Part shown: piece by piece, positions 11,551 through 27,405 of the stretch
How positions within the stretch are numbered: the stretch's first letter is position 1
How the letters are laid out: the number at the start of each line of letters is the position of its first letter
From: Chrysomallon squamiferum
Taxonomy: Eukaryota; Animalia; Mollusca
Direction: 5' to 3'
Length of the DNA: 64,000 nt
Assembly (NCBI GenBank): GCA_012295275.1
Contig: CM022673.1
Coordinates: 310,001-374,000, forward strand
The notes under the pieces: generated by a model
Databases searched by the model: none
What the model saw: only the letters and a program-made list of their open reading frames with translations
Told to the model about the DNA's origin: nothing
Made by a program: the position numbers and the translations under genes

Positions 11551-14500
11551 ATGACTATGTCTCCATCCATGATTGGAGCAAAGATGAATGATGAAGCCAT
11601 AATTGAGGCTGAAATTCAGCAACAACTTCAGATGATAAATCTGGATGCTGAAGATATTGAAGATGGTGATATTGACATTCTTGAAGGAGCAGATGTCATT
11701 GCTCCAGATGAAGATGCTTTTTCAGAAGTAACTTTTTTATTATAATACAATTTAGATACAAGATGGATTTGTCTCAGTAGTAGATTATTATAAAACAACC
11801 TAATGTTAGTGATTTAAATAAATACTTTTTGTAATGCAAGTATACTGAAATGCTAAGTAACAATAATGATATAGAAACAGTTAATATATAATTTAATTTT
11901 TAAAAATAATACAAAAAATACAAAATTAAAACGGTAAAAAGATTTCTTTTGAAAAAGCAAAGTAATAGTGATTTTATTACTTCTTTATTTTTATTATTTT
12001 CTGGAATTAAATGCGACAGCAAACTTTGAACTATTTACTTTTATGAAGTTGTAAAAAACTATCAAGTACATGCTCAAAATACATCTTTGATCAGTGTTAA
12101 ATAATGTACTAATGAATCCACAAGTCAAACATTTTCTTCAATTCTTAATTTTAATTATGTTGACTCTATATTATCTTGAATATTAATTGTTTTGGGGGTC
12201 AAATTTTCTTGGATCCTTTTTTCAAAAAATTTCTTCAATTTTAATTTTTTTTAAAAACTATAGCCATTACCTGATGTGGAAGAATATCTAGCTTGTATGC
12301 GCAGACAGACAGACAGATTCGAACAGGAGCTGCAAGAATGTGATGAGATTCTCAATCACAAATCACCAGGTTAAATTAGTTAAATGGATTTTTAATATAA
12401 TAATAACCAAAAAAACTATTGAAATAATCTTTTTATAGAATTCGGAATAAAACTGTAAATATGTATTACCATCATTACAGGTATGTTGTATAAAATATTA
12501 TTAATCAGAGCCAAAATAATTTAATTATTATTTACAGAACTACTGTTGTTTTTATTTTTATTAATTTAAATTATATAATTGATTTAATTCTGAAAAAATG
12601 TTTGAGGCTCTCTATGTTGTTTTCACCTGTGATGTTTTGCTTATAATGGGTTAGGTTTTATTTATTTATTTATTTCATTGTTAATTGTATTGACAAATGA
12701 CAGATCAGGAAACCTCATATCATATGTGATCAATTAATTAAATTTCTGTTTTCAAAATATATTTAGATACACATGTGTTTAATGAAGAACTTTATGAAAT
12801 ATCAAAAGAGCTTGGCGAGGATCCAGAAAATCTGAAGAAAAAGGTAAGTTCTTTGAAACTGTAGTTCTACCAAATTTAAAATCCACTAATTCATGAACAG
12901 ACTATATGTCCAGTCTTATGGGTCTCTAGTGTAGCAATTTTTTCTTCTTCTCAGAATGCTGTATATTTCTTTTTGTTATGAAACCCTTTATATCATTGTT
13001 AAATATGAGGACCAATTTAAAAGGTTTAAAAAAACAACCCCAAAACAACAACCAAAAAAACATCTTATGCTTGTTTTATGAATTTGTATTTAACTATTCT
13101 GGTTCGTGCATGCATGATATTTGATGCAAAGTGATATAATGCATTCTGCATACTCTACAGTCATTTGTACACATTTTTTACAATTTTGCAAATGTGATTG
13201 GGAGGAAATAAGACAAACCAGAATTAGAGTACTGGGAGTGAAATGGCAGTTCTGACTCATTTAAGTCAAAAATAAGTATTGCGTTTTTCCACATTAAATT
13301 TATTAACAATTAATCCAGTAATCTGAAGTTTCAGATGATAAATTACTTAATTATGTTTTTTTTTTTTTTATCAGTATTTTTAATAATTTCATTTATTTAA
13401 AATAAAGATTTTAGAAGAACTCGACAAAGAAGATGAACTATACAACATTAACAGCAATTGTCAAGAGGAGACAACTCTCTTCATAACCAGTGATACGGAA
13501 TTGCTTAGAATGGATCAGACTGTTGACACAGGAGAAGAAGAAGGAAAAGATGAAGGAGAAGTAGAGAAAGAAAATGAAATTAATGGTAACAAGGATTTTC
13601 CAAAATGTCATTTTTTTTTCTAAACTCTATCTCATTATAAATGAACAAATAATATGAAGGTTTCTGGTCTCACACTTTTTCATTGTACTCGACTGAATGT
13701 ATCTTTGTTTGATTAATGATGCAGTAACTTGACACATTTATATATTACCTGTTAATTTTTGTTAAGTATCAAATTATTTGTGTCTGTGAATACATCATCT
13801 GATAATTCAGTAGAGTGACAATGCATGATTTCATTTATTTCTATTAAACTGTGTTTGTGTTAAAAAAATGTACCTTATAAAATTTTAGATTTACTCCTTG
13901 TAAATTGTAATTCATAATAGTAACCTTTATAAAATTTTGTTTTTTAAAATATTCTTGAGAAAAGTGAACATTACAAAATTTTAAATTTATATTTTGCAAA
14001 TTGTGAATATGAAAAGATATATTACAAAATTCTAGATATATGTTTTGTAATTTGTAGTTTTGTGAAATTTTGTTGTTCTGAGTTAAAATTATACTTCTGT
14101 TTAATGAAGAAACAAAAGGCTATCTTTATAACTTTTATTATTATTATTATTACTAACATATTCATATATACACACACATATAGGCACACATCTACACACA
14201 CATGCACACATACTCACACAAACATATACATACATATTTATTTCTCATCATTAAATTGAAAACGAATTTTACATTTCAAATAATTAAACATTAATTTATG
14301 ATTTTTTAGATGGTGCTTTGGTTGTGTCTGATGAGATCAGTAACTTGGAAAGGTTTCTACATGAGCAGCTTAAAGCAGTAGACCTGAAGTACAGACAACG
14401 CGAGGAACAATGGAAAAAAGTAAGACATGTAGACAGTTACATGAACAAAAGATATTTGTTAAACAACATCTTAACAGCATCTTTTGTTTAACATCATGAA

Positions 14501-17500
14501 GGTAGTATGTGTTCAAAAGAGCTTGTGGATCACCTGTCAAGATTTTGTTTCCTAAAAAAGAAATAATCAACAGTATGGTTGGATGGAATAGAAAATAAGT
14601 TACATTATTTAGCCTTTCAGATTTTAAAATATTTAATAAAAATGTTTTGGTTGGAAATAATAGCATAATAAAATAGAAAAAGTAACCCTTGTTCTTGAAC
14701 TCCTTTTTGAATTTTATTGTCAAAACTTTATTATTAACAAAATATTTGGAAATACTTTGTATACAAAATGTATTTTGGCTACTTGTTATGAATATTTGTT
14801 TTCTTGTTCTGCTAAAGGACTACCAGTCTGTTATGAAGGCTGAAGAAGAATATTTGACAACTAGAACCAAGGAACACGAACAAGTTCTTGAGAAAATGAA
14901 AGCTGAAGAAGATTTAATGATTCAGCAGAGAGAAGTAAAGATACCACATCTATGACTGCTCAGTGCTTCACAATAAACAATTTAATTTTTATAAATTATT
15001 ACTCTTATTTGGTTGTCTTGTGTATATGTCTGTATATGCATGTGTATGTGTGTGCATGAAAATATATAAAATGTGAAGTTAATGAAATTTCAAACTGATA
15101 AAAGTGAATTTTATTGTTTTATATAGATTAAATCAAAAAAAAAAAAAAAAAGAAGAAATTTAAGGAAAATTAAAAAAGGATAAATTAATATATATTTTAA
15201 ACTTTTATATGAGAAGGACAAATAGGTAAACTATTTTTTAACTTTGATAACAAAACACATAAAAATGTGATCAACTAATACTGTTACCTTCTGTTTGTGT
15301 GTGTTTGGATGTATGTGTAATGAATGCCTGTGTATCTGTGTGTATGTACATATGTGCACACAAAAGTATATATCAAATCCCACATTTCCATTAGGAATAC
15401 AAAATACATATTTTTTGTTATTGACAGATGGATGATCAGAAATTAGCTGCTGAAGTTGCACAAACAGAAAGAAAATTAAATGAAGAAGCAAGCAAATTTG
15501 AAGTAATTTCTGTTTTCTGTTTAACTATACAAAACAGATAACACTCGTATTACTACAATAAGTGAATGAGAGCCCTGTTTTATTTAATCTTCATCTTATT
15601 AGCAATTACATAATATATTAACTTTTTCTGAATTAACAGAAGAAACAAACCAAAAAATACTTCCTACAAAAAACAAAAAACGAACACAAAAAAAACAAAA
15701 AAAAAGCAACAAACAACAAACAAACTATACTGAACTCCCTCCTGAAAAACAAAAACAGCAAAACTTAGTTAAGAAAAATAATATAAATGTTTCAATAAAA
15801 TAATAATAACAATGAAATGAATTATATGTATGGAAATTACTCTGTAATTCAGAATAGAGCAAGTATGTATAATGCTTTAAAATGCTATTGATTTTTGGTT
15901 TTGTTTTCATGTATATATTTTAAGATTATATGCAGTACAATAGTCTATTTATGTGTATTTGTCAGGAAAAAATAGCCAAAATGGTTTCTGATTTGGAGAA
16001 GGAACAAGTGGAACTGCACATACAACAAAGGGTAACCCAGGAGAAACTTGATGAAAAAAGAGATATGTGTGCTTTAAAAATACAGAGCTGGTACAGAGGA
16101 ACAAGGTGTGTAAAGCATGGTTAAACTTTATTTCTTTATTTTTTTTAAATTAATTTTCTTGTTGTTTTTTTTTTTTAATTTTAATTTTAATTTTAATTTT
16201 ATTATTTTTATTTTTATCATTTTTGAAATAAATAAGTTAAATTTATATTTAGTGGAAGCCTGGTAAATCATGTCGAAACAAAAACTATTTATTTTATATT
16301 TTAAAAATTAATTAATTGTGTCATTTTGGATATTGTATAAATTATACATTGGAGTCTTTTTGAAGTGTTATTTAAATTACTACAGCAGGGAACTGCTGAG
16401 AAAAGTGTTCTGCTGGGGATAGTGTTAAATAATGGTAGCCATTTGAAAAGGAACATTTGAAAGAAATCAGTTTAACATGGGTGTTAATAACTAAAGAAAA
16501 ATCAAGGGACTTAAATGTTTTGAGAATCTTGTATTAATTCTGTTACTAAATAATTTAGAGATTTATAATTTATGATATATCTATATTAAACATGCCAATT
16601 ATTTATATACATACACATTCTCATAGGCATATGCATTTATACATATGCATACACATGCACATACAAATATTTTACATAGGAAAACATTTAAGAACTTGAA
16701 AATAATTATTGTTAATAAGAATATAATATACAACAAAAAAAAAAGACTAAAAAATAAGAGTGCTTTTTGTCTTAGGGTAAGGAAAATCTATGGTTCTGAC
16801 TTGAAAGAAAAAAGACTGAATAGACAAAAGATGAAAGAATTAGAGCGAATTAAAGAAATTGATATTGAAATAGAAAGAAGGAAAGAGGAACAACGAAAAG
16901 AAGAAGAAGAAAAAAGGTATTTATAAAACTGTTTACTGACATATTTTTATCAGTAGGAAAGACATGAAGTTTATATATGGTAGATAAATAAATGCTATTG
17001 GTTACAATCTATTGTTAGTTAAATTCAGTCACAATCTGAGATTGGAACTGGTCATTGATAACTCAACAAATGAAATTTTGGATTACATCTCTTTGAGGAA
17101 TTAATTTTAGACTTTTTGAAAATTCAAAAGAGGACTTCTCCTAAGTATTATATTTATTTGAAATTTTATTGCTGAAATTCCAGTTAACTGGTTGAACTAT
17201 ATTTTAATCTAGGCAGAAACAGGAAGAAGAAATTCAAAGGCAGAAGGCAGAGGAATTGATGAGAAAAGAGACAGAGAAAAAGAAAAAAGAAGAGCAGGAA
17301 AAGAAAAAGAAAGAGGAAGAAGAAAGAAAGAGAAAAGAAAAAGAAGAAAGAAAGCAAAAGGAAGAAGAAGAAAAGAGGAGAAAAGAGGAAGAAAGAAAGA
17401 AAAAAGAGGAAGAAGAAAGAAAGAGACAAGAAGAAGAAAAGAACAGAAAGGAAGAGGAAAAGAAACGAAAGGAGGAGGAAAAGAAGAAAAAGGAGGAAGA

Positions 17501-20500
17501 AAAGAAGAGAAAAGAGCAAGAAAAAAAGGAAGAAGAAGAAAGAAAACGAATAGAAAAAGAGCAGGAGAAAGAAAGGAAACAAAGAGAGAAGGAACAAAAA
17601 GAAGAAGAAAAGAAAAAAGCTGAGGAAGAGAAGAGAAGACAAGAAGAAGAAAGGAAAAAAGCAGAAGAAGAAAAGAAAATAGCAGAAGTTCAAAGAAGAA
17701 ATGCAGAAGAAGAGAAATTGAATTTTGACAGAGCTATAAAAGAAGTAGAAAATGTGAACCTTTCAGAAAATTTTGAAATTAATAACAAATTGGAAATACA
17801 GCAAAAATCTGATAATTGTGGAGATGAAGAGTTAGTCAAAATAAATAATTCTAAATCAAAGAAACCAGAAGAAAGTAACGAGAAGACTAATTCTGAACTG
17901 AGGTCTGAGCTGGATAGTGACAAGAAAGTGAGAATTAGTCAAGACTTTATGAGAGTTAACAAGTCAACAGAGAGGGGCTGGGAATCTGTCGATGCTGCTG
18001 TAGTTGCTGATGGTGGGAAAACAACAGTGGAGATGAGCAGTAATAGTCTTCCATCACATCTGGAGGCCAAACGATTGACCTGGATTCAAGAATGTTTACC
18101 TTGGAGGTGTGTTATTTAGTTCATTGTCACATAAATAATAATCAAATGTACAGAATGATGCTTATGACTTATTACGTTTTCAAGAATTACATTAATTATA
18201 TGTTTATCATTTAACAAATATGATCGAACTGCAGTGAAAGGGTTTGACTTTGCTTTCAGAAAGAAGATATAACTCTCAAGCTGAAATACAGTTCGACTAT
18301 AAAGAAAAACTCATTTTGATTGCATATGGATTGCATCTGCTACATAACATAGCATGAAATTTTGTATCATATTGAATAGGTTATCACTTTTATTATTAAT
18401 TACCATAGTATTTTAAATTTTATAATGATCTGTAGTTTTTTTTCTCTTTGCTGATAATTCATTTTCAGGTTGAGTTTAGTTCTCTTTTGTTTCAGTAAAG
18501 TTAGTAATGAGCCGTGGAAGCTGAAAGCTGGTATAAAGAAGAAACCAATGAGGCGTCCTCATTCAGCCAAGAAATTACCTCCCATAACAGAGGAGATTAT
18601 CACTGCAGCAGCCAGGACAGCCACTCTGAGACAGGTGAGTTGTTGTTGTCGTTGTTGTTTCAAGGCAAGACATGTTATTTTTACAGAAAGAAAAAAACCA
18701 AAAAACATCCACCACTAAATTTCATATATTTGAACTATAATATTGTGTGAAAAATGTACCAAAGTGACATTAAACAACAACTAATTCATTTTCACTTATG
18801 CCGGGGTGGTTGTGACACCTTGATTTAAGAAGTGGCAAACTAAATTTCTTGTGAATTCATAAATCCTTTGAAAAGCAGATTTTAAAATTCATTAAAAAAA
18901 AATGTATTAATAGAGTTTCCAATAAAATGAAGAATGAATGAATCTAATAAAACAAAATGATTTTGGCAAGACCGTCTAATTCAACTTTCCCAAATAAAAT
19001 GGTGAACAAATATAAAATCATTCTTTCATAATTATTTTTTTTTTCCTGTTAGTTCACTAATTATTACTTTCTATTTATTTGTTACTTAAAACTTTTACCT
19101 AGTAATATGTTTCATGTCATAATATGTTAGTTATTACTGTTTTTCCCTTCATCGTTTTGTTTTGGTTTATTTTATACCAATCTCAATTTGCAAGGTTACT
19201 ACTGTTCATCTGAAAGATCTGCCTGGTTACAGCATGACAACTCTGGGTCAGTGCTGGGGACTCAAGTGTCTCACTATGCAGAACTGTAGTCTGGTTGCTG
19301 TGGAGGGACTTCGAGAATGTCGACAGCTGCAGTATCTCAGTCTTAAGGTAGCCTCCATTGTTTATTTGATCAGTTATTTTAAATAAACCAGTTATGTCAG
19401 TTGTAATTTCAGCTTGTGCTCCAAGCAGTATTAAAAACCAAGATTGGTGTCTTCCACTCAGCAGAAGATGACACATTTTACATAAAAACCACTGACAGCT
19501 GAAAACTAATATCATAAAAACTCTAGCAAAATCATAAAAACTTGCTTTTACTATTGTTATTAATATTGTTGCTAATTTTATAAGTATTTGTGGTTTGTTG
19601 TTTTTATTTTGTGTATGTTTTGAAATAGCTGTTCATTCTTATTTTGTATACACAGAACAACAATATAGAGTATATTGACTTCAGGGATCTGGGGAACTTG
19701 CAAGTGGTTGATTTGTCAGACAACTGTGTGTCTGTGCTGCATGGATTTGATGGCTGTACAAATATTCGCTGGCTTGACCTAACACACAATAATATCACAA
19801 GATTAGGTAATATTCTGCACTGATTCTGTTACTAAAATACAATTATACATTATAACGATAAAATGTTTTATTTCTTTTTTCTTTTTTTTTTAAATTTAAT
19901 TTAAATTATTTTTTTTTATTATATTTTTTATTTTTTTATTTTTTTATTTCATTTCCTTAACATTTCATTTTATCTTACATTAAAACATACCTTTGATGAT
20001 ATGAAGAAATAATGTAAATATATTCTGAATACTTTGAGGTATTTTTATTTGATTTTTGCTAACGAGTCTTGATTAATAATGAAACAAAGAACATATGTCA
20101 GTGCTTCCATTTTACCGAAGGCATGATGGTATTTTATGTAAACCATGTCATTTTATCCTAAAATGTCATCTAGTGTTATTACTGCCACAAGTACACTCTA
20201 ATAAAACAAATGTTAAAACATCATCACACTCATCATATACTGTACTAAACTACACATTTCTTTCATTAAAAATATCATATTAAAGTAATAAGCATTTTGA
20301 TGACAACCAAAAGGAACATCCATTTCACACCAGTCTTTGTTTTTCAGAGGGTTTGGATCCCCTCAGACGTCTCCATACACTGCTTCTTGCCCACAACCAG
20401 CTGATCAATTCTCGAGGATTAGAGGACACACCAACATTACAGTATCTTGACCTGTCAAACAACCATCTCCAGACAGTGGACAACTTGAACAAACTCTGTC

Positions 20501-23500
20501 TGCTTCAATTTATTGATCTGTCATCTAATAATCTGCTGAAGGTTCATGTTTTTATGTTATCCTGATTGAAGACCTTTTTGTGTTCTTGAACATTTGTAGT
20601 GGTGGAAATGTACATTGTGTCTGTGTGTCTAAGTGTGTTTGTGTATGTGTGTGTGTGTGTATGTCTCTGTGTGTATGAGAGAAATTGAGTGTGTGGAGTG
20701 TGTCCTTTTACTTCAGATCAAAGATCTGTCATCTAATAATATACCAAAGGTTAATGCACATCATTATCTAGATATATGTAAGTATATTAAAAAGATTTGT
20801 AATGAACAAAGTAAACTTTTGTGTCTGTAGTATAGTGTACTTATTCACACTGTCTAATAATCAGTACAAGTTAATTATTTTGAGACATATACATCCACAC
20901 ATAATCACAACCACACCCATACCCACACGTACACACACCCAGACATACACATACCCACACACCCACACACACACACAAACACACTCACACATCCACTGTT
21001 ATATATGTGCACAATGTTTGTAAGTAGAATTTATGAGAAACACATTTGTTTAATCTTGGAAATTATATTCAGTTTAATAACATTATATCCTTGATAACCT
21101 TTGTCATTTAATGAATAAAATACTGACTTTTTTTTTCTTTTCCAGTTTCCCGATTTGAGAAATCAGGTTCTGTTGCAGGAATGCAATCTCCATGACAACA
21201 GCATCAGCTCACTGACTTGCTTGAAAAATTACTGGCTCCCTATATTGAGTAAACTAAACATGGAACAAAACAGGTACAAACAAAAAGTAAACAAAGCTTA
21301 ACACACCCTCAACACATTTTAACTTTAACTGCTTCTTCAAGTCATTCATATATTTCTTGTATGAAAATGATATAGAGGCAAATCCACACCTAATCTCTGA
21401 GAGCTGCTCATCAGCTGGCAGTTAGAATTATATTAATCTTTTGATCCTTGGACTCCTGCTTCTACCATGACTCATTCACAGGCTCCAGAACAGACATTTT
21501 GTATATTAAATTAGGAAGAAACATGTTGAAGTTCCCAAACACCTTATTCACCTCACTTCCTGGTTAAATGGTACTGTGGTATGTAAGAAAAGTAGAAAAC
21601 TCTTCATTTACTGGTACTGTGGCTCAAAGGGTTAAATATTCATGGAATAAAGATTAGCTCAATGAATAATGACTTAAATGAAATGTTAAGAAAAAAAAAT
21701 CATCTTAGATTATTGTTCATTTAACTGGGTTAGTCAGAGAAACTGGTATTACCTATCTTGCACTGCTTCCATTTTATACTGCAGCTGTTCCAATAAAAAA
21801 TGAATGAAAAATGATTATACCATTCAGTTTTAAACATTTATAAATACAATTACAGTATATAATGTTATATATCATATTTTAAAGTATGAAAATCAAATAT
21901 ATATATTTTTGTTTTGTTTTCTTTAATTTATATATAATTATTTTTTGCAGTCTGAGTGAATTAGATTCCCTAGAAAATTGCCTTATGATGAAAATATTCA
22001 ACATAAAAAATAATCAAATATTAGGTGAGTTGTTTTTTATTATGTTTAACATTTAGAAAAAAAAAAAAAAAAAAAAATTTGTTTTGTTTACATTTATGGT
22101 ATCAAAAGTGATATATATTTGAAAATAAATTGTTTTTTAAAAAAGACTGAGTGATTTAAATACTAGTATATTGTTCACTGTTTTGTTGAGATTAAAAACA
22201 ATACTGGAACTATCTTTATTATTAAAAACACTATGGTGGTACATGTACAGTTTTTATTTTAATTCATTATTAAATATTTTCAAAAACACAACCTTCCTAG
22301 ATGCTTATCAATAAAAGAGCACCACATGATCCTGTAGCAATAGATTTCTTTTTTCCTTTTATGTTTAAGGTCCCTGTCTCTATATACAGACCATGTAACC
22401 ACATATTAAATTGTTAATTTTTTTAATATGATTTAAACCAATGATATATTCTGATTTTTTATATAAAACTCTTTCCAGATGTTGCAGATTTGCAGGAAGC
22501 TGTCTCTAAATTCAAGTACTTGGATGAGCTGTATCTCCATGGTAATCCAATATCAGATGAGCATGTAAAAGAGTAAGTATATTTTTGAGTATCTTGATTT
22601 AAAATGTAAATGTTACAGTAAGATATTTTTTTTTTATTCTTGCTCCTTCCAGGTGATTGTTTTATATGATTTTGTATTTAAATATATATATATCCATAAC
22701 AAAAAACAAAAAACATTTCATTCCATTTTGTTTAGATTATTTGAAGAGCAGATGCCCAGACTAAAGATTTTGGATGGTGATGAGTTAAATCACAAAGTAA
22801 AACCATCAGTTTGTGTATCTAGTGACTTTGAACTGATGTGCTTAACACAGATTCAGATGACCTCTGACCTCCAGAGTAAATTTCACAGTGAAATAAGGTA
22901 AGTTTTATTCAGACTAGTATGTTGTTCATTGTTTTGTTGAGATTAAAAACAATACTGGAACTATCTTTATTATTAACTGATGATAAATATATTTATATTG
23001 TTGTATCTTTATATATGCAATGCTGAACATCCATGCACAGACACACATGCACATGCACATGCACATACACACAACTACAAACATATAGACACAGACTTAC
23101 ACACAACAGACACACACATACATGTACACAAGATACACCAAAAAAAGAATGATTTATAAAAACTAAATCAAGCTGTCATTTAATATTTCATGTTAATACA
23201 AATTTAAAAAACCCAAAATGTTTAACTTCAGTACAGCAAAGTCTCTGCCAGTTCTGGATCAGCTGAAATTATGTGAGATTTATTTTCACTACTGTGATTC
23301 TTCTTTCAACATGGCTGTCGAGCATCGCTATGCACATGAATATGGTGACATTTCTGTGAACATTCCGAAAGCTCCACAGACCCCCCGTTCTAGTCAGAGT
23401 CGTTCAGCAAGACCCAGGAAGAAAGATGAGGGCGTGTTTCTTGATAACCCTAAAGACTTGTTTGAGAAAGCCCTCCAATCAAGAGGGAAAGACCAGTTTG

Positions 23501-26500
23501 AATCAGCATTAAACAATGCCAGTTCAAGCAGTCCAGATAAAACAGTGAATGATAAACTGAATGAAGACAGGTAATCTACTTCTCTTTTCATGACTTTGTT
23601 CATTTTGTATATGAAATGTTTGTAATCATGATTTTTTCTAGCAGTTACCCGATGCTTCAGAAGGTTTATTTGAACATACATCAGTTATTTTGAATATCAC
23701 AGATATTAGTTATTTCGTGTATCACAGATATTACACATTTTAAGGTAGTTTATTGAAGAAAGATTTAACATTCATAAAAAGTGTCATCACTGTAGCAGAT
23801 ATAATGTTCATAATGAAATAAATTTCATTATAAAGAGAAAAACACTTTGCAGATCAAAACAGTGAAAGAAATTTACTGTTATGTTGCCCTTGGTTCTCTT
23901 TTCAGTCATTTTTCACTTCCTTGCAGCTTCTTTCCTTTCAAATATGGTGTTTGCAACCTCTGTTCACTGTATATATTTGTTGTTTTTTCTTGTACATACT
24001 TATTACTTAAAGAAACACCCCATTAAAACTGCTTAAAGTTTTTATATCTCATTCCACTTTTTTTGAAGAATAAAGATTTTTTCAAAAATCAAAAAAAAAA
24101 AAAAAATGTCCAAGAGCTGATTCCATTAAAAGTTAAAAAGAGGTTTTGTGTTTAGTAGACATCATTGTTTTTAAACTCTTGAAAATGATATGTTCAGTAT
24201 ATTGCAAAGAATTATTTTTAACTAATTCACAGGACAAAAGCTGCTGTGAAAATCCAGGCAGTATATAGAGGTTACAGAGTGAGAAAAGAAATATCACAGT
24301 ACAGTATATTCTGGCTTGCAGCAGTTACCATTCAGGCAGTATGGAGAGGATATATAACAAGGAGGAAATTAAAAAACAGAATGCAACAACCAAAACAGGA
24401 GAATCTACGGCTGTCAAAAGAAGAGATGTTAATAATTACAGAACTGAATGGTGCTGCTACAAAGATACAGGTATTTCTTGAAAGGAGATATTATATCACT
24501 TTTATCCAAAAAAGAGGGTAAAAAAAGAATGAAAACTTTATTTGTTAATAATAATCAGTTGAATCATGATTTTATAATGTAACTAAGATCTGGGTAACTT
24601 AGGGTTCAAGAAAGCTCATATAATTTTTATCTAGTGAGTATAAAATAAATAACTAAAAGAAAAATTAGTATTATCAGTTAACCATAAAAAAAAATATATA
24701 TAACTCAGTAACTCAATAATATTTTAAAACATATCATATGTTAAAATATCAGAAAGAAAAAAGTGAAAAAGAAAAATAATTATAATGTATCAATGTTTAA
24801 GTGTGTATTTTTTTGTAAAATATTTTTTATTGTGATGAACTTGCAGGCTGCTTGGCGAGGGTATTTTCTGAGAACAAAACTTGCAGCTGCTCTAGAATTT
24901 GCTAGAATGCAGAACTTCGCAGATGATGACATGGATGAGTTTGATATGAATGAATTCAACTTTGACGAGGTAATAATTAGAACTACTGTCAAAATCTTTG
25001 AAACATTTTACCAGTTTTTCTAAGAAATATTAATAGAAACATATTTGATCCATTTGATGTTCTGGAATCTGTTTAAAATAATAAACATCTACGAAAAAAA
25101 AGGATCATAGAATACACCATAGTTTCATATTTCTGTAAATGTCTTTGTTTTCTTTTTGTCTCTTCATTCCTTGTAGAACATATTTCAAATGTATGAAAAA
25201 ATGTTCATGTACTATTAACACAGAAAAATTCTGTTTTTATTCATAAATCTAAAATATGTTTTCAATTTTTATATTTTATAAAAATGTCAGAAAATTATTT
25301 AGATATAAATATATCTCTTATTGTTTTTAATCAAGAGCAATTTATGTTTTTGTAATTGATTACAAGTGATAAATATATGACATCAAAACTCTTATATAAA
25401 TACTTGGATTAACATGTAGGTTATTGCCATGTTTTTTAGGAAAATTTGGAAAAAGGTTGGCGGCCATCAGAAACACCAGATATACCTCAAAGGTATTAAC
25501 CATCAAATTTAGTTAACTTGTTGTCTTATTACTTAACTTGTTACTGCATATTCGTCTTTAAAAACAGAAGCTCATGCAGAGAAAAAAAATATAAGTTGTT
25601 TTTTTTAGAAGAAAAAGAAAATACACACACAATCACACAAACACACATACTTATTATTTCCATGGTAAACTTTTCTGGAAGAAATGCGAACAGGGTTCAG
25701 TTTGGTTGGTCTTCTAACTTACTAAATAAAGCCAGTCTCTGATGTGGATCTGAAAGTTAAATAAACAGTACAGAGCAAATAAGTAATTGCACATAATAAT
25801 AGTGACAATTATAAATATTTATTTTATTCTGTATTCTATGGCTACATGATCAGTTATCACCAGGAAACATTTGAGCATTTTATTTAAATATTGAATTACA
25901 TTACTATACTTAATTCAAGATGGTGGTGGTTCTTACCTTTTAGTTTTAAATTTTAATGGTATCTACAGAAGAATCAGAGTATATGTGGAGGAGTCATAAA
26001 TCATCATTTTAGTTAAAATTTAATCATCTAAGAACTAAAGATATTTTATTTGTTTGTAAAATGAATGACTTGTTATAATGTTTCTTTTTTGAATTTCAGT
26101 ATTGCACTGTAATTATTTATTTATTTTTATATGTGCATAGACACACACACACACAAACACACAAACATACATGGTTTTAATGTTTTTCTTGTACTTTGTT
26201 GCAGCCATGCAGTTATTGGAAAGCCTCCAAGTGGACGTAGAGCAGCTCCTGACGTTCCAAAACTTGACCTTCATCCTCCAGAAAAACCTCGACACGCCTG
26301 GCGCAATGCTGATTCACCCCTGTCTGACATCAAAGGGAGACAACCAAGACCTCCATCATCAGTTCCAAGTGTTTCGTCATTAGACACACATCATTCGGGT
26401 TTGTCAAAGAAAGAAGAGAAATTGTCAGAGGAATGGTACATATACATAGATTTACACAAAGAATATGTATCTTTCAACATGTGCACACACAAATAAATGT

Positions 26501-27347
26501 ATATAAACATACAAGTACTGGTACATATAAGCATTCCAAAACAAATATGTACAAATTGGCCAAAAACAAAAACATTATAGAAAAAATTAAATAAATAACA
26601 AGCTTGGCTGGATATTTTTACCTGTCTTTTAAGGTTAGTTCAATGGTTAGAGTCCATCCATTTAGCTATTTTCCATTCCATTCTGTTATGTTATGTTATT
26701 TACTGTCTATAGGAAGGATCATAAAAAAGATTACTTGTTGCTAATCATTACAAATTTTCCCTTGAATCATGTCAGTGGGTTTCTTCTCCTATAACTGTCA
26801 TTATACAAAAAAATATATGACTGACATTTAATAATGATGTCAGGAAATATCCATTTGGTTTCAATTTCTGTTGAAGGGGTTTTCATAATGTACGCACTGC
26901 AGAACTAATGCTACAGAGAGCCAAGAAAATGAAATACAATGCAGACAGAAGGAAAAAACTCAATCGCTTAGGTAATTATGAAAATACGTAATTCACTGTA
27001 CAGATTCTGGTCAAAAAATCAAACCAGTTTTTATAATGATATTATTATTATTGAAAATATGTTCATATGTCTGGCATTAAGAAAATGCTAACTAATAAAA
27101 CATTTATCAAAACTTAAAACATTTTTTGTGTATTATTATTATTATTGAGAGTTTAAAATATGTTACAGATCAAAGCTTATATACTTAAACATTAAGCTTT
27201 ATGCCATTTCATATATCTATTTGTACTTAATTTTCCAAAACTGACAAAGCCATTTCATGTGAGTCTGGTAATTTTATTTATTAATTTCAGCTGGAGAGCA
27301 GATTGTTGTTGGTATTATTATTGCAACTGTTATCATCATCATCATCA

Positions 27348-27405
<58 letters not shown>

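Noticed and set aside
17184-17693. 169-aa Phe/Leu-rich 'membrane protein' ORF
   Set aside because: Antisense shadow of the purine-rich E/K/R exon of LRRIQ1.
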